Source: an uncultured Planctomycetota bacterium (lineage in GTDB: Bacteria; Planctomycetota; Planctomycetia; Isosphaerales; Isosphaeraceae). From it: 64,000 nt of DNA. Below the pieces are notes generated by a model that ran no database searches, was not told where the DNA came from, and worked only from the letters and a program-made list of their open reading frames with translations. Positions 41,506 through 52,176 of this stretch are shown one piece after another. The stretch spans positions 320,001 to 384,000 of the forward strand of contig CAWGMQ010000007.1 in the NCBI GenBank assembly GCA_963823665.1. Direction: 5' to 3'. A program made the position numbers and the translations under genes. Each line of letters begins with the position of its first letter. Positions within the stretch are counted from its first letter, which is position 1.

Positions 41506-44500
41506 ATGGCTGAGGTCTCACAATACGGCCGGAAGTCAGCGTCGCGTCCCAAGAGGTGCCGACGGAGAATTTGTATCGAGGTTCTTGAGGAGAGAGCGCT
41601 CCTGACCTCGATCATCGATCTTGGCACCCTGCCCGACGGCATTGAGAGTGAACCCACCGGAATCAACGACTCCGGCCAGGTCGTCGGTTATTCCGTTACC
41701 GGCGAGAACGTGTATAACGCCTTCCTTTACAGCGACGGGCAGATGGCCGACCTGGGCACGCTGCCCGGCGACACTGACAGTCGGGCCAGCGGAATCAACG
41801 CCTCCGGCCAGGTCGTCGGCTACTCGAGTTCCGCCGGCAACATAGATCACGCCTTCCTCTATAGCGATGGCGAGATGAACGATCTCGGCACGCTGCCCGG
41901 CGGGCATGACAGCTACGCTTGGAGTATCAACGACTCCGGCGAAATTGCCGGCTCGGGTGATACGAACCAGCAGTCGACTGATGCCATTATCGACAGCGAC
42001 GGGACGATGACCGACGTGGGTACCTTGCCTGTCGGCAGCGACAGCAATGCCCTCAGCATCAACGACTCCGGCGACGTCGTCGGCTGGTCGAATGCCGGGG
42101 ACGGCCAGTACGCCGCCCTCTTCAGCGCCGGCGGCGGTGCGCCAAGCGACCTGGGGACCCTCCCTGGCGGCGGTGACAGTGTGGCCACTGGCATCAACGC
42201 CTCCGGCGCTGTCGTCGGCTATGCGTACACCGCCGGCGATGTGCAACACGCCTTCCTCGACAGCGACGGAACGATCATGGACCTGGGCACCTTGTCCGGC
42301 GGCAACACCAGTGAAGCCCTTGGTATCAATGACGGCGGCGATGTCGTCGGTTGGTCGCAGACCGCCGATGGAGCGCGAGCCTTTCTCTACAGCAGCGAGA
42401 TGGGCATGGTCGACCTCAATTCTCTCATGCCTGCGGACTCGGGGTGGGTGTTAACCACGGCCACGGCGATCAATAATAAGGGGCAGATCGTCGCGCAGGG
42501 GTATAGTGCGAAGGGCACGGATGCGCTCTTGCTCAACCTGTCGGGAATTGTTCCCACTTCTCTTGAATGGGACGGCGCGGATGGCGGCGTTGACTACTCG
42601 TACAAAATCAGTGGAATGGACCTGCCGGAGCCAACGACGGTTCAGCTCGACTGGGCTAGTGGAACGACCCTGGATACGATCATCGGCGATCCGATCTTAA
42701 GCACGACAACCGAGACCGCTCCGGGAACGTATGACCTCCATGCCACGCCGGCCCAGCTCGGTACTGCTCCACCGGGTGCCACCGAATTGCTTGTCGTTGC
42801 CGACCCGGACAACCTCATTTCGCCCGCTGATCCGAGCAAGGTCGTTTCCCTCTCGATCTCGCGCGAGTGGACCGGTGCTGGCCCAGATGATATGTGGAGC
42901 GATCGCGAGAACTGGGCGGGCGGGATGGCGCCCGGAGCCGATGCCGACTTGATCTTTCCAAGTGGTGCTCAGCAGCTCAGCAGCGAAGATGATCTCGGGC
43001 TTTCCTTCAACTCAATCAGTATCAGCGACAATTACGAGTTTTCAGCTTCGGGCTTCCTGGGAACCAACGACTTGACTGTCCAGCAGGGTTCGATCCAACT
43101 TGACGATTCCGCCACGGTGACGGGAACGGTGTCGGTGATGTCGGGAACGACCATGACGGTGAGCGCCGATGCTACGCTGGACGACCAGGGCGCGATCACG
43201 GTGGAAGCGGATGGCACCCTGGACGACGAAGGCAGCGTGACCGTCGCCGACAATGGTTCGCTGTCGATCGAGGGTAGATTGATCGTGGGCACGAGTGGCT
43301 CACTGGATGGCGAGGGCAGTCTTACGGTTACCAATGATGGCGCATTTGACGATTTTGGCCAAGTGAGTGTGGGGATACTGACCCGCTGACAGTGAGCCAG
43401 GGGAGCCTGCTGGTCGGAGCTAACGCCAGTCTCTCTGATAACGGAATCGTGACCGTGGAAGCCGACGCTTCTCTTGTCGTCTATGGCAGTTGCACGGTGA
43501 ACGCCGAAGGCGCCCTGGACCTGCAGGGCTTGGGGAGTGTTGGCCAGGCGCAACCATGACCATCAATGACGGGAGTCTGATGGAAGGGGCGAGCGGCGTG
43601 CTGGACAACGTGGGCAATGTGGCTGTCGGTGCTAACGGTTCAGTCGCGGTTGGAGGGAGCTTGATCCTCATCGGCACGAGCGGCGGTCAAGGCAGCACGG
43701 GAGACAATCTGGGATCGACTCCGATCACGCCCACCACTTCTGCCTCGACGGAGTTGGAGGAGCAAGCGACGCAAGTCGGCGAGAACGCCGACGTTGGCTC
43801 TGACTTGATCGCGACCTTGGCAGAAACGTACGTAAAAGGTCTGCCTGAGGACATTGTTACAGTGCAGGGTGCCGATGAACTCGCGTCGTGGGCTAAAGGG
43901 GTTGGCTCTGCCGCTTCCGCCGTAAAGTACGGGGCCGACAGCAGCGTTCTTGTCAGTGCTCTTCGGACCAACGATCAACAAGCGTTCGCGGCGGGATATA
44001 ACAAACTCATCAGAGACATTTTGACGGATGCCGCGGGGGCGGCAACCGGATTGACAGCCGCCTACGTAACTACGGCAACCGCCGTTGCCGATGATGGGGC
44101 AAGTCTTCTGGCTGTGCCCCTGGCTGCGCTACTGGGCAAGATCGGCGGCAGCTTCGCCTACGGTGTGTACTATGACCAGTACCTGGCCGCAGGAGTTACT
44201 GCTCAAGGCGGCGCATTGTTCGACCGCATCAAGAGCGGAGGCCAAAGCGCGACGGGTGGTGCAGGAGGTAGTCTGAGTGACGGGGGTTCCGTCACGGTGC
44301 AATCCACGGGCGACCTTGACGACCAGGACGCCATCGCCGTGGCGGCAGGTTCAACTCTGGATATTTTCGGCAACCTCACCGAAGGGGCAGGCGGTAACCT
44401 GGACATAGTCGGTACCGTCACCATCGAACCTGACGCGGTCGTGAATGACTTCAGCCCCGCCGTCGTTGACGCGGGGGGTGTTTTAAATGACGAAGGTGCT

Positions 44501-45577
44501 GCCACGGTGGAACTCGGGGCCTCGTTGGATGTCGCCGGCACTCTGAGTATTGCCAACGACGGTTCGCTGGATGTATATGGTGCGACTGTACTTGAGGCGA
44601 ATGCAGTCTATCAGCCACAAGGCACAGTCGTTGTCCAATCAGACAGTTACCTGGGGCCGCCGGTGCCTCCTAAAGTCACTTCCGAGCCGGTCGATCAGGC
44701 GGTTCCTCCCGGTCAGCAGGTGGCTTTTACCGCAGCGGCGAGTGGCGAGCCGGCCCCGACCGTGCAGTGGCAGGTGAGCTCGAACGGCGGGACCGACTTC
44801 AGCAACGTAGCGGGGGCGACCTCTACCACTCTCACATTCACCACTACCGCGATAGAGAGCGCTGAAGAGTATCGCGCTATATTCACCAACTCGTCCGGCA
44901 GCGTAACCACTGCGGCGTCCAAGTTGACCGTTAATCCCGTCCAGGCGGTCCTCGCTCTTAGCGGATTGATCTTCACTTACGATAACGCACCGCACTTTGC
45001 GACGGTTACCACCGATCCGCCCGACCTCACGGGCGTGACGGTGGTTTACTCGCAGAACGGCGTCGTCGTGCCCGCTCCAACGCAGCCCGGCAGTTATTCC
45101 GTTACCGCGATGCTGGCCAATCCGAACTATACGGCTACGAGCGCCAGCGGCACGCTGGTCATCAACGCGGCGGCGCCGCTCGTGATCACCGGCGAGCAGC
45201 CGGTTTTCCACCGCAAAACCAACAAGAAAGGCAAGCCCATCGGACAGCCGGTCCTCAGTGGATTCCTGTTTGATTTCAGCGAAGCGCTCAGCCCCACAAG
45301 CGCGACGAGCGCGGCGAATTACCAGGTCGATACCATAACCACCAAGCGGGTAAAGAAGCAGACCCGCCGCATCCTTCATCCGATCACGAGTTTCTCGATC
45401 GCATACAGCGCGGCGAGCGATTCGGTCGCTCTGACATTCACCGTCAAACAAACCTTCCGGACCGGGGGCCAGATCAAAGTGGTCGGTGGTCCTTCGTTCG
45501 GCGTCACAGGCGCAACGCTATCGGGAAATGTTGTGTTCACTATTTCACCGGAAGGGCGCCGCATCACTGCACAGTGA
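41506..45577 (+). CDS. Large surface protein: HAF repeats, beta-helix, Ig-like and MBG-like domains; two frameshifts (~43372, ~43545)
   Basis: LEERALLTS leader; repeated DLGTLPG..S.A..IN.SG.VVG...HAFLY; PTVQWQVS Ig domain; FTYDNAPH...PGSYSVTA MBG-like; the intervening frame 43370-43545 is open. Confidence 0.8.
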
Positions 45578-45591
45578 CACCATCTGCGAAT

Positions 45592-45690
45592 CCGGCGCGA
45601 ATGCACCCCGCCCGTCGCCGAGCAACATCGTCAGATGCTGTGTTTGATGGTTCGCGATCGCCAGATCGACGCGACCGTCGCCGTTGAAGG
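45592..45690 (-). pseudogene. Isolated FG-GAP repeat fragment
   Basis: Reads FNGDGRVDLAIANHQTQHLTMLLGDGRGAFAP with no start and no further repeats. Confidence 0.55.
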
Positions 45691-45708
45691 TGGTCGGAAT
45701 AAGGTGAG

Positions 45709-46404
45709 TTATTCGCACCTGAGGGACTTGCGGAAAACGAGCCAGTAGCAGTGTCGGCGCCGGGCGTGGTGCGCCGTTTTCCACCTCGGGTCGACAATTG
45801 GGCCCTTGCGGATTTTCACGATGCAGTCGCATGCGCAGAATCCTACATCGGTGGCTGCGCGAACGACCTCTATGTGCGCCCATTGATATCGGTGGTTGTC
45901 TACGTAGTCAGCGACCTTGCAGAAAAGAACACCTTCCGGTCGTAGGACACGATACGCTTCGCTGGCAAACGGCGGGTACAGATGCGTGAAGTTATAGCCG
46001 TTCTCGGCGGACGACTTCAGGACAAGCCCGAAGCGGGAGTTGAAATCCTTGGATCGATCTCGGCCCTGATTCGGAATATGAGGTGGGTCGTACACGATCA
46101 CGTCAAACGTGCTCGTCCTGAATGGCATGCGACGGTTGTCTGCAACTACGCTTGGTCGATGTTTCGCGTCGATGTCGATTCCGACGACGCTGCGACTACT
46201 GCCAACCCAAAATCGTCCCGAGTTGACCGTTGCGTCCAGGATGCGTTCCGGTCGTTTGCGAGGATAGAAATCGAGAAGTCTCTGGAGAAGATCGGCATCA
46301 CTTCCGTCCCAAATCGATGGAAGTGGCTGGTACGAGCCCAAGTTGTCTTCCACCCCGGAAGATGGGACGAACTGCTGCTGACCATTCGCCCGACGGTGCC
46401 CCAT
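45709..46404 (-). CDS. Orphan SAM-dependent amino-methyltransferase (probable DNA N6A/N4C MTase)
   Basis: ILDATVNSGRFW (motif I-like), VIVYDPPH (motif IV), EAYRVLRPEG; AGGAGG SD. Confidence 0.78.
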   Translation of the reverse strand: MGHRRANGQQQFVPSSGVEDNLGSYQPLPSIWDGSDADLLQRLLDFYPRKRPERILDATVNSGRFWVGSSRSVVGIDIDAKHRPSVVADNRRMPFRTSTFDVIVYDPPHIPNQGRDRSKDFNSRFGLVLKSSAENGYNFTHLYPPFASEAYRVLRPEGVLFCKVADYVDNHRYQWAHIEVVRAATDVGFCACDCIVKIRKGPIVDPRWKTAHHARRRHCYWLVFRKSLRCE

Positions 46405-46794
46405 TCCACACTTCCTCCTTCGTGTGGCCAGGATACAAACGTTTGTTCAGCATGTACAGAGTACCTCGTCAGGGAGTTTGGTTGAGGCCCCAAGAAACGA
46501 ACGTGCTGGAGAACAACGCGGCAATCCCCATTCCCAGGTATCGTGGTTCAGGCGCCTTGAAGGCTTTCCTCAATCGCCCGCTGTTCCTGATTCTGGCCAT
46601 CGTCGTGATGGTGCTGGGGCTAGCCTAGGCCCTCTTCCGACCCGGCAAGACGACCAAACTGCCAATCAGCGCCGTTGGGCCACGCGATCGAGGTCAATCA
46701 CCGGGAGAAAGACCGGAGCGTCGTCGGATCCCAGGTTGCACGACTTGGGCGTTTCCGCCGTAGGCCCGCTTTCCAAGATCCACCGCTTGCGAGT

Positions 46795-47781
46795 TCACGC
46801 CCGCTTCGCCTGCCTCACGACCTTTGGCTCAACCACCTTCGTGGCCAGCCCCAGGCGCATCAGGATGAAGATCACGCAGTACGTCAGGTCGAATTCCCAC
46901 CAGCGGTGCCAGACCGACGCGGCGGCGGGATCGTGGTGATGGTTGTTGTGCCAGCCTTCGCCTAATGCCACCAAGCCGACGAACCAGTTATTCTTGCTGC
47001 TCTCGCTCGTTTCGTAGTTGCGATAGCCGAAGAGGTGCGTCAGTGAGTTGACCGACCACGTCACGTGCCAGCCGAGCACCGTGCGCACCAGGCCGCCCCA
47101 CACAAACAGACTCAGACTGAACTGGAGGGCGCCCATCGAGGTACCGGTCGTGTACCATCCGACGATCGCACCCACGATCGGGTACATGAGAAGGTGGGCC
47201 AGGTAGATCGACGGTCCGATCAGGGTCTTCTCCAGCTTCATGTAGAATGGGTCTTCGAGAATGTCGCGAGCGTATTTCTGCATCGAGCTGATCGAGCGGG
47301 TCGCGGTATTTTGATAGAACAACCAGTTGAAGTGCGACCACAGAAAGTTCACCAGCGGGCTGTGCGGATCGGGCTGCTCGTCCGAGAAGACGTGATGCAC
47401 CCGGTGTACAGTCACCCACTTGGCGGGGGTGTCTTGCAGCGAGCACTGGGCGAGAATGGTAAAGCCGTGCTCGAGCCATTTGGGTAAGACCAAGCTGCGG
47501 TGGGCGAGCACCCGGTGGTAGCCGAGTGTGATCCCCATTCCGTAGAAGGGCACCCCGAGAATTGCCAGCGCTACGCCCGTCCAGCTAAAGAGCCAGGGAA
47601 TGAAGGCGGCCAGCGCGGCCAGATGAATCGTGACCACGGGGATGACGTACATCCAGATCAGCCGGTCGAAACGAACGGTCGCCGGGGCAGAAAGACGTGC
47701 GGTTGCTTCCTGCGCGACGGCTGGAGCGGGAGTTGGAGCGACGTCCGCTACGGCAGCCGGCGAGGATCCTGGAAAGCTCAT
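46795..47781 (-). CDS. Membrane fatty-acid desaturase (delta-9 type)
   Basis: His boxes HRVLAH, HRVHH, HNNHH; DPHSP and WSVNSLTH motifs. Confidence 0.95.
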   Translation of the reverse strand: MSFPGSSPAAVADVAPTPAPAVAQEATARLSAPATVRFDRLIWMYVIPVVTIHLAALAAFIPWLFSWTGVALAILGVPFYGMGITLGYHRVLAHRSLVLPKWLEHGFTILAQCSLQDTPAKWVTVHRVHHVFSDEQPDPHSPLVNFLWSHFNWLFYQNTATRSISSMQKYARDILEDPFYMKLEKTLIGPSIYLAHLLMYPIVGAIVGWYTTGTSMGALQFSLSLFVWGGLVRTVLGWHVTWSVNSLTHLFGYRNYETSESSKNNWFVGLVALGEGWHNNHHHDPAAASVWHRWWEFDLTYCVIFILMRLGLATKVVEPKVVRQAKRA

Positions 47782-48067
47782 GTATGATCGATCCCACCAA
47801 TGGGAATGAGATTTACGTGTGTTCGGCGTCGCCTGGGGCTAGCGCGAAGACGGGCAGTTTAGCACGAGAACGCGTCCGGTTCTGAGTGAGACCTCCGGAA
47901 GATTATCGGTCATTGGCGACCGTCTCGCCACCTGATGCCCTCTTTTTTGTAAAATTGTGATGAAAATGCCGGTTCGGCTGAGACCGACGAATGTGCGGAT
48001 GGCGTAGCCTGGCAGGAACGGGCCACGTGCGTGACCGGACCCTCGTTTCTTCACCCGGAGCATTTCA

Positions 48068-48742
48068 ATGTGGCGATTTCGGCGTCTGCTGATCGGCGTG
48101 CTCGCGATGCTATCGATCGGGATCAGTGGCGCGCAAGATCCCAAGAAGGACGAACATAAGCCCCACCTGAAAGATCCGGTAGTTGTGGTCGCGGACGAAG
48201 CAGTCCGAATTCAGCCGACGGACCCGGACGAGAAGGGGCACTGGATCGTCATGGCGGGCTACAACGAGCTGGGGTCGCCGTGTTTCTCTCGCGCCGGCCG
48301 CTGGGTCGAGTTCGATGCCTACAAGGAGGGTTACAACAACGGCCGGCCGGAGGCCTGGATCGCCCGCAGCGGTGGAACAGGGTTGAAGAAGCTCACCAAC
48401 GGGGCGACGCCGCGGTGGTCGCCGGACGGGAAACGGCTCCCGTTCATCCGCGAAAGCGAGGTTGAGGCAAACGGGGAGCCCGACATCTACGTGATCAAGC
48501 CGGACGGCACCGATGAGCGGAAGCTGCGGCCGGGACGATGGCCCGAATGGTCTCCGGATGGCAAGAAGATCGCGTTCTCACGTGGCAAGCTGCCGGGAGG
48601 TGGTGCGCAGGTCGGGGCCGAGGTGTTCATTTGTAACGCCGACGGGTCGAATGACAAGTTCATCGCTGAAGGCGATTCTTCCACTCGTCCCTTAGAACCA
48701 ACCCTCCACACGACGCGTATTGAGGTAGTGCAACGGATGTGA
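48068..48742 (+). CDS. TolB-like PD40 repeat protein, apparently C-terminally truncated
   Basis: Signal peptide; PRWSPDGK and PEWSPDGKKIAF repeats; the pattern breaks after IAEGD (~48675). Confidence 0.65.
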   Translation: MWRFRRLLIGVLAMLSIGISGAQDPKKDEHKPHLKDPVVVVADEAVRIQPTDPDEKGHWIVMAGYNELGSPCFSRAGRWVEFDAYKEGYNNGRPEAWIARSGGTGLKKLTNGATPRWSPDGKRLPFIRESEVEANGEPDIYVIKPDGTDERKLRPGRWPEWSPDGKKIAFSRGKLPGGGAQVGAEVFICNADGSNDKFIAEGDSSTRPLEPTLHTTRIEVVQRM

Positions 48743-48913
48743 GAGCAAGACCAGGAGCTGTGCAGCCCGGTAGCCGGCAGACACCAGACAGGCAGACCGA
48801 CAGACAGACACACGCCCACACCAGCCGGCCTCGGCGCTCGAGGTCTTCGGATCGGGTAAGTTTTCGTCCCGCCAGCCAAGTTCGATCGTCCCCACCTTAT
48901 TGGGAGGCCCACC

Positions 48914-50847
48914 ATGTTCTGCGCGATGCTGGTGTGCTGCGCCTTGGCCGTCCAGGATGGACGGACCGAAATCAACGGAGTGACCACAGTCAACCAATCG
49001 GCCGACCTGGCCGCCTACGAGGCGGCGAAGGCAAAGGCGGGGGAAAACGCCGATGCCCACGTTCAGCTCGCGCTCTGGTGCGAATCACACGGTCTCTCCG
49101 GTGCGCGGGTCAAGGAGCTGGCAGCCGCCGTCGCGCACGAGCCGGGGCATGCGCTCGCGCGGGGATTGATGGGGCTCGTCGCCTATCGCGGGAAATGGGG
49201 ATCTCCCGAGGCCATCGGCAAGGAAATCAAGGACGACCCGGCGCGCGAGGAATTGAACGCCGAGTACCGTGCGCGCCGCCTCAAGACCCCGAACAAGCCC
49301 GAGGAGCAGTTGCGGCTCGCACGATGGTGTGAGGAACACGGGCTCAAGGAAGAGGCGATTGCGCACTACAGCGTGGTGCTTCGGCTTGATCCGTCACGAG
49401 AATCGGTGTGGCGACATCTGGGTTATGAGAAGGTTGGGAACCGCTGGCTGACGGCTTCCGAGATCGCGGTGAAGAAGCGGGAGGCAGTCGAGCAGAAGCA
49501 GGCGGACAAGCGCTGGGGTCGCTTCTTCGAGAGCCTGGGCAGTGATTTTGAGAGCGGCGCACCGGCCAAGCAATCGAGGGCCGAGCGGCGCATGGCCCTG
49601 GTCACCGACCCGCGCGCCGTGCCGATGATCTGGAAGCACTTCGTGCGCATGAGCGAACGCCGCGAGCTTGCCGCGGTGCAGATGCTCGGCCAGATTGATG
49701 GCGCGTCGCCTGCGATGGGGCTGGCGGCAATTTCGGTGTTCAGCCCGCGGCCGGAAGTGCGCCTGCAAGCGACTGACACGCTCGCCCGCTATGATCCCCG
49801 CGACATCGTCGAGCCGCTGATCGATGTGCTTCAGAAACCGTTTGCGTATCAGGTCCGCTCGATCGCCGGGCCAGGCTCCGACGGCGAGCTGTTTGTCGAG
49901 GGTGAGCGGTTCAATGTGCAGCGGATCTATCAGGATCAGTCTGGCGCCGCCGTACTCTGGGCGCACGCATCTTTGCCGCGCCCGTTTCGTTCGATCCGTT
50001 CGGAGGCCCGAGCCCGACGGTGGCAACGCAGGGCAACGCGTTGCTGGCCGCGAGCATCGGGCGAGACATGACGCGCGACATGGGCATGCGTTTTCAGATG
50101 ATGAAGGGCCTCGAGACCGGCCAAGGTCTCCAGCAGAGGCTCGCGCGTGACGTTCAGTTTGTCGAGATGACGAACGCCAGGATCCGCTCTCAGGACGGGC
50201 GTGTGCTCGCCGTTCTGAGGAAAGTCACCGGGCAGGAGTTCGGGGAAGACCCCGGAAAGTGGAAGGCCTGGTGGGCGGACCGGCTCGGATATTCGTACCA
50301 GCCGCCAGACCCTCAGGAGAAGCCGACGTACACGAGCTTTGTTACCGAGCCGCTGCCGCAGGCGGCGCTCCCTCATCACTCGTGCTTTGGCGCCGGCACG
50401 CTGGTGCGCACACTCGGCGGCCCGAAGGTAATCGAATCGATTCAAGTCGGCGACCGGCTCTTGTCGCAGGACCCGAGCACCGGATCGATGGAATTCCGGT
50501 CGGTTGTGGCCGTTTATCACAACAAGCCCGCCGCCACGCTGCGACTCTCGATCGGCGGCGAGCCGATCGTGGTGACCGGAATCCATCGCTTCTGGAAGGC
50601 CGGCAAGGGGTGGACCATGGCCCGCGACCTGAAGGCCGGTGATCGCGTGCGTGCGATCGGCGGTGTGGCCGTCGTCCAATCGACCGAGCCGTCGAGCGTG
50701 CAGCCGGTGTTCAACCTCGAGGTCGCCCAGAACCGCGATTACTTCGTGGGGAAGCAAGGGATGCTCGTGCACGACAACAGCCTGGTCCGGCCGGTGGCCG
50801 AGCCGTTTGACCGCGAGCCGGAACTGGCTGCGGTCTCTGATCAGTGA
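48914..50847 (+). CDS. Secreted helical-repeat protein with C-terminal Hint (intein-like) domain; frameshift near 49960-50030
   Basis: Signal-like N-terminus; repeated LAxWCExHGL; Hint from CFGAGTLV (50383) with TGIH and VFNLEV...YFVG...VHDN (50778). Confidence 0.82.
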
Positions 50848-51026
50848 TGCGACCGATGGCGTGGACCGTTATCATTCAAGGATGGACCGGGCCGAATCTT
50901 CGGTCCTCGTCCATCCTTGTTCGGGAGACGGCGTCATGCGGAGCATCGCGGCCTTGTCAGCCAGTCGTTGTGTGGTCTGCGTCTGCCTGATCGTGGGTGC
51001 GTTTGCGGTCGACGGGCTGGGAATCT

Positions 51027-51581
51027 ATGATGAATGATCGTTGGAATCCGACACCTGATCGTGGACGGGGCGACGAAGACGAACTTGAGTCCAAGTTGCT
51101 CCGTGCCCCAGGAGCGAAGCTGACCATCACTCTCGACGGGCTCAGGCGAGGGCTGGCCCTGATCCGCGGCCTGGGAAATCGTCCCGGGATGCTTTCTCTC
51201 GCGAACGTGCTGCTCTGGCTCCACGCCAACGCCTACCGCCGCGAGTTCCTGTCGGTGTCCGCGCTATCATCTGTAAGTCCTGTCGGTTCCCTCGCCTTGT
51301 CGATTCGCGTGACGGCCGAGAACGAATCTCGCCAATATGGACGGGTGAGGCGGCTCGACAACTCCAGCCAGTTCGAGTGGGAGCTGAGCGAAGACGACCT
51401 GTTGAGGCTGGGATTGGCGGTTCACCGGCTGGCTTGCAAGCCCGAGCACGGCTACGATGAAGTACCCGGTAGGGGACGAAGGAGACGCCGCGGTCCGCCT
51501 GGAGTTGGAGTCAAACCTTGGAGCACAGACTCTGTAGCCGTAACGAGACTTTCGATTTGCCCGGCGGATTGGATCGTCTAA
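51027..51581 (+). CDS. Hypothetical protein, weak resemblance to Imm32-type immunity proteins
   Basis: GNRPGMLSLANVLLWL and LSEDDLLRLGLAVHRLA helices; C-terminus may be frameshifted. Confidence 0.45.
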   Translation: MMNDRWNPTPDRGRGDEDELESKLLRAPGAKLTITLDGLRRGLALIRGLGNRPGMLSLANVLLWLHANAYRREFLSVSALSSVSPVGSLALSIRVTAENESRQYGRVRRLDNSSQFEWELSEDDLLRLGLAVHRLACKPEHGYDEVPGRGRRRRRGPPGVGVKPWSTDSVAVTRLSICPADWIV

Positions 51582-51635
51582 TCAAAATGTGTGTATGGCG
51601 CGAGCAAATGATCATCGTCGTCATGGCTGGAAACG

Positions 51636-52136
51636 GTGGGTGCGGTCATGCTAGTCGCGATCCTGACATCACGGGCGAGCGCGCTGCCTGTCGTATCCCA
51701 TGAGAGCATCGCCGTCATCGCCGAAGTGGGTCTCGCCCATGATCGCTATGCAACAGGGAACGGGTTCTATTCCGGGGTTAGCGAATGGGATGCGCATGTG
51801 ACGCTGATACAACAGGAGCCCTTCGAGGTCTTGGCCGTCGAGCATGGGGTGCACATCGATCCGAAGGAGTTGCGACGGAACCTCGTCACCCGTGGGATCG
51901 ATTTGTCATCACTGATTGGAAGGCGATTCCGCATTGGTGGGGACGTGGTTCTTCGGGGGAGGAAGCTGTGGCCTCCTTGTGTTCATGTCGTGAAGCTCTC
52001 CGGAAAGCCCGAGATCTTCAAGCACCTGGCCAGGAAGTGCGGCATCGGCGCGGATGTGTTGGTAGGGGGCAAGATCCAAGTCGGCGATTCGATCGTGGCT
52101 GACGACGACTATCATTGCAACATAACCTGTTATTGA
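51636..52136 (+). CDS. MOSC domain protein
   Basis: GLAHDRY, VTLI, LRRNLVTRGIDL, PPC, GGKIQVGDSI motifs. Confidence 0.88.
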   Translation: MGAVMLVAILTSRASALPVVSHESIAVIAEVGLAHDRYATGNGFYSGVSEWDAHVTLIQQEPFEVLAVEHGVHIDPKELRRNLVTRGIDLSSLIGRRFRIGGDVVLRGRKLWPPCVHVVKLSGKPEIFKHLARKCGIGADVLVGGKIQVGDSIVADDDYHCNITCY

Positions 52137-52176
52137 CAGTTGTTGCGGACGCTTGGGCGCGGGATGATGCCGGGAT

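Noticed and set aside
38990..42500. Regularly spaced DNA repeats as a CRISPR array
   Set aside because: They are degenerate, codon-phased protein repeats (GloVer-type and HAF); no identical repeat-spacer structure or cas genes
46490..46790. Short hydrophobic ORF fragment (FLNRPLFLILAIVVMVLGLA*)
   Set aside because: Possibly a decayed membrane gene but interrupted and unassignable
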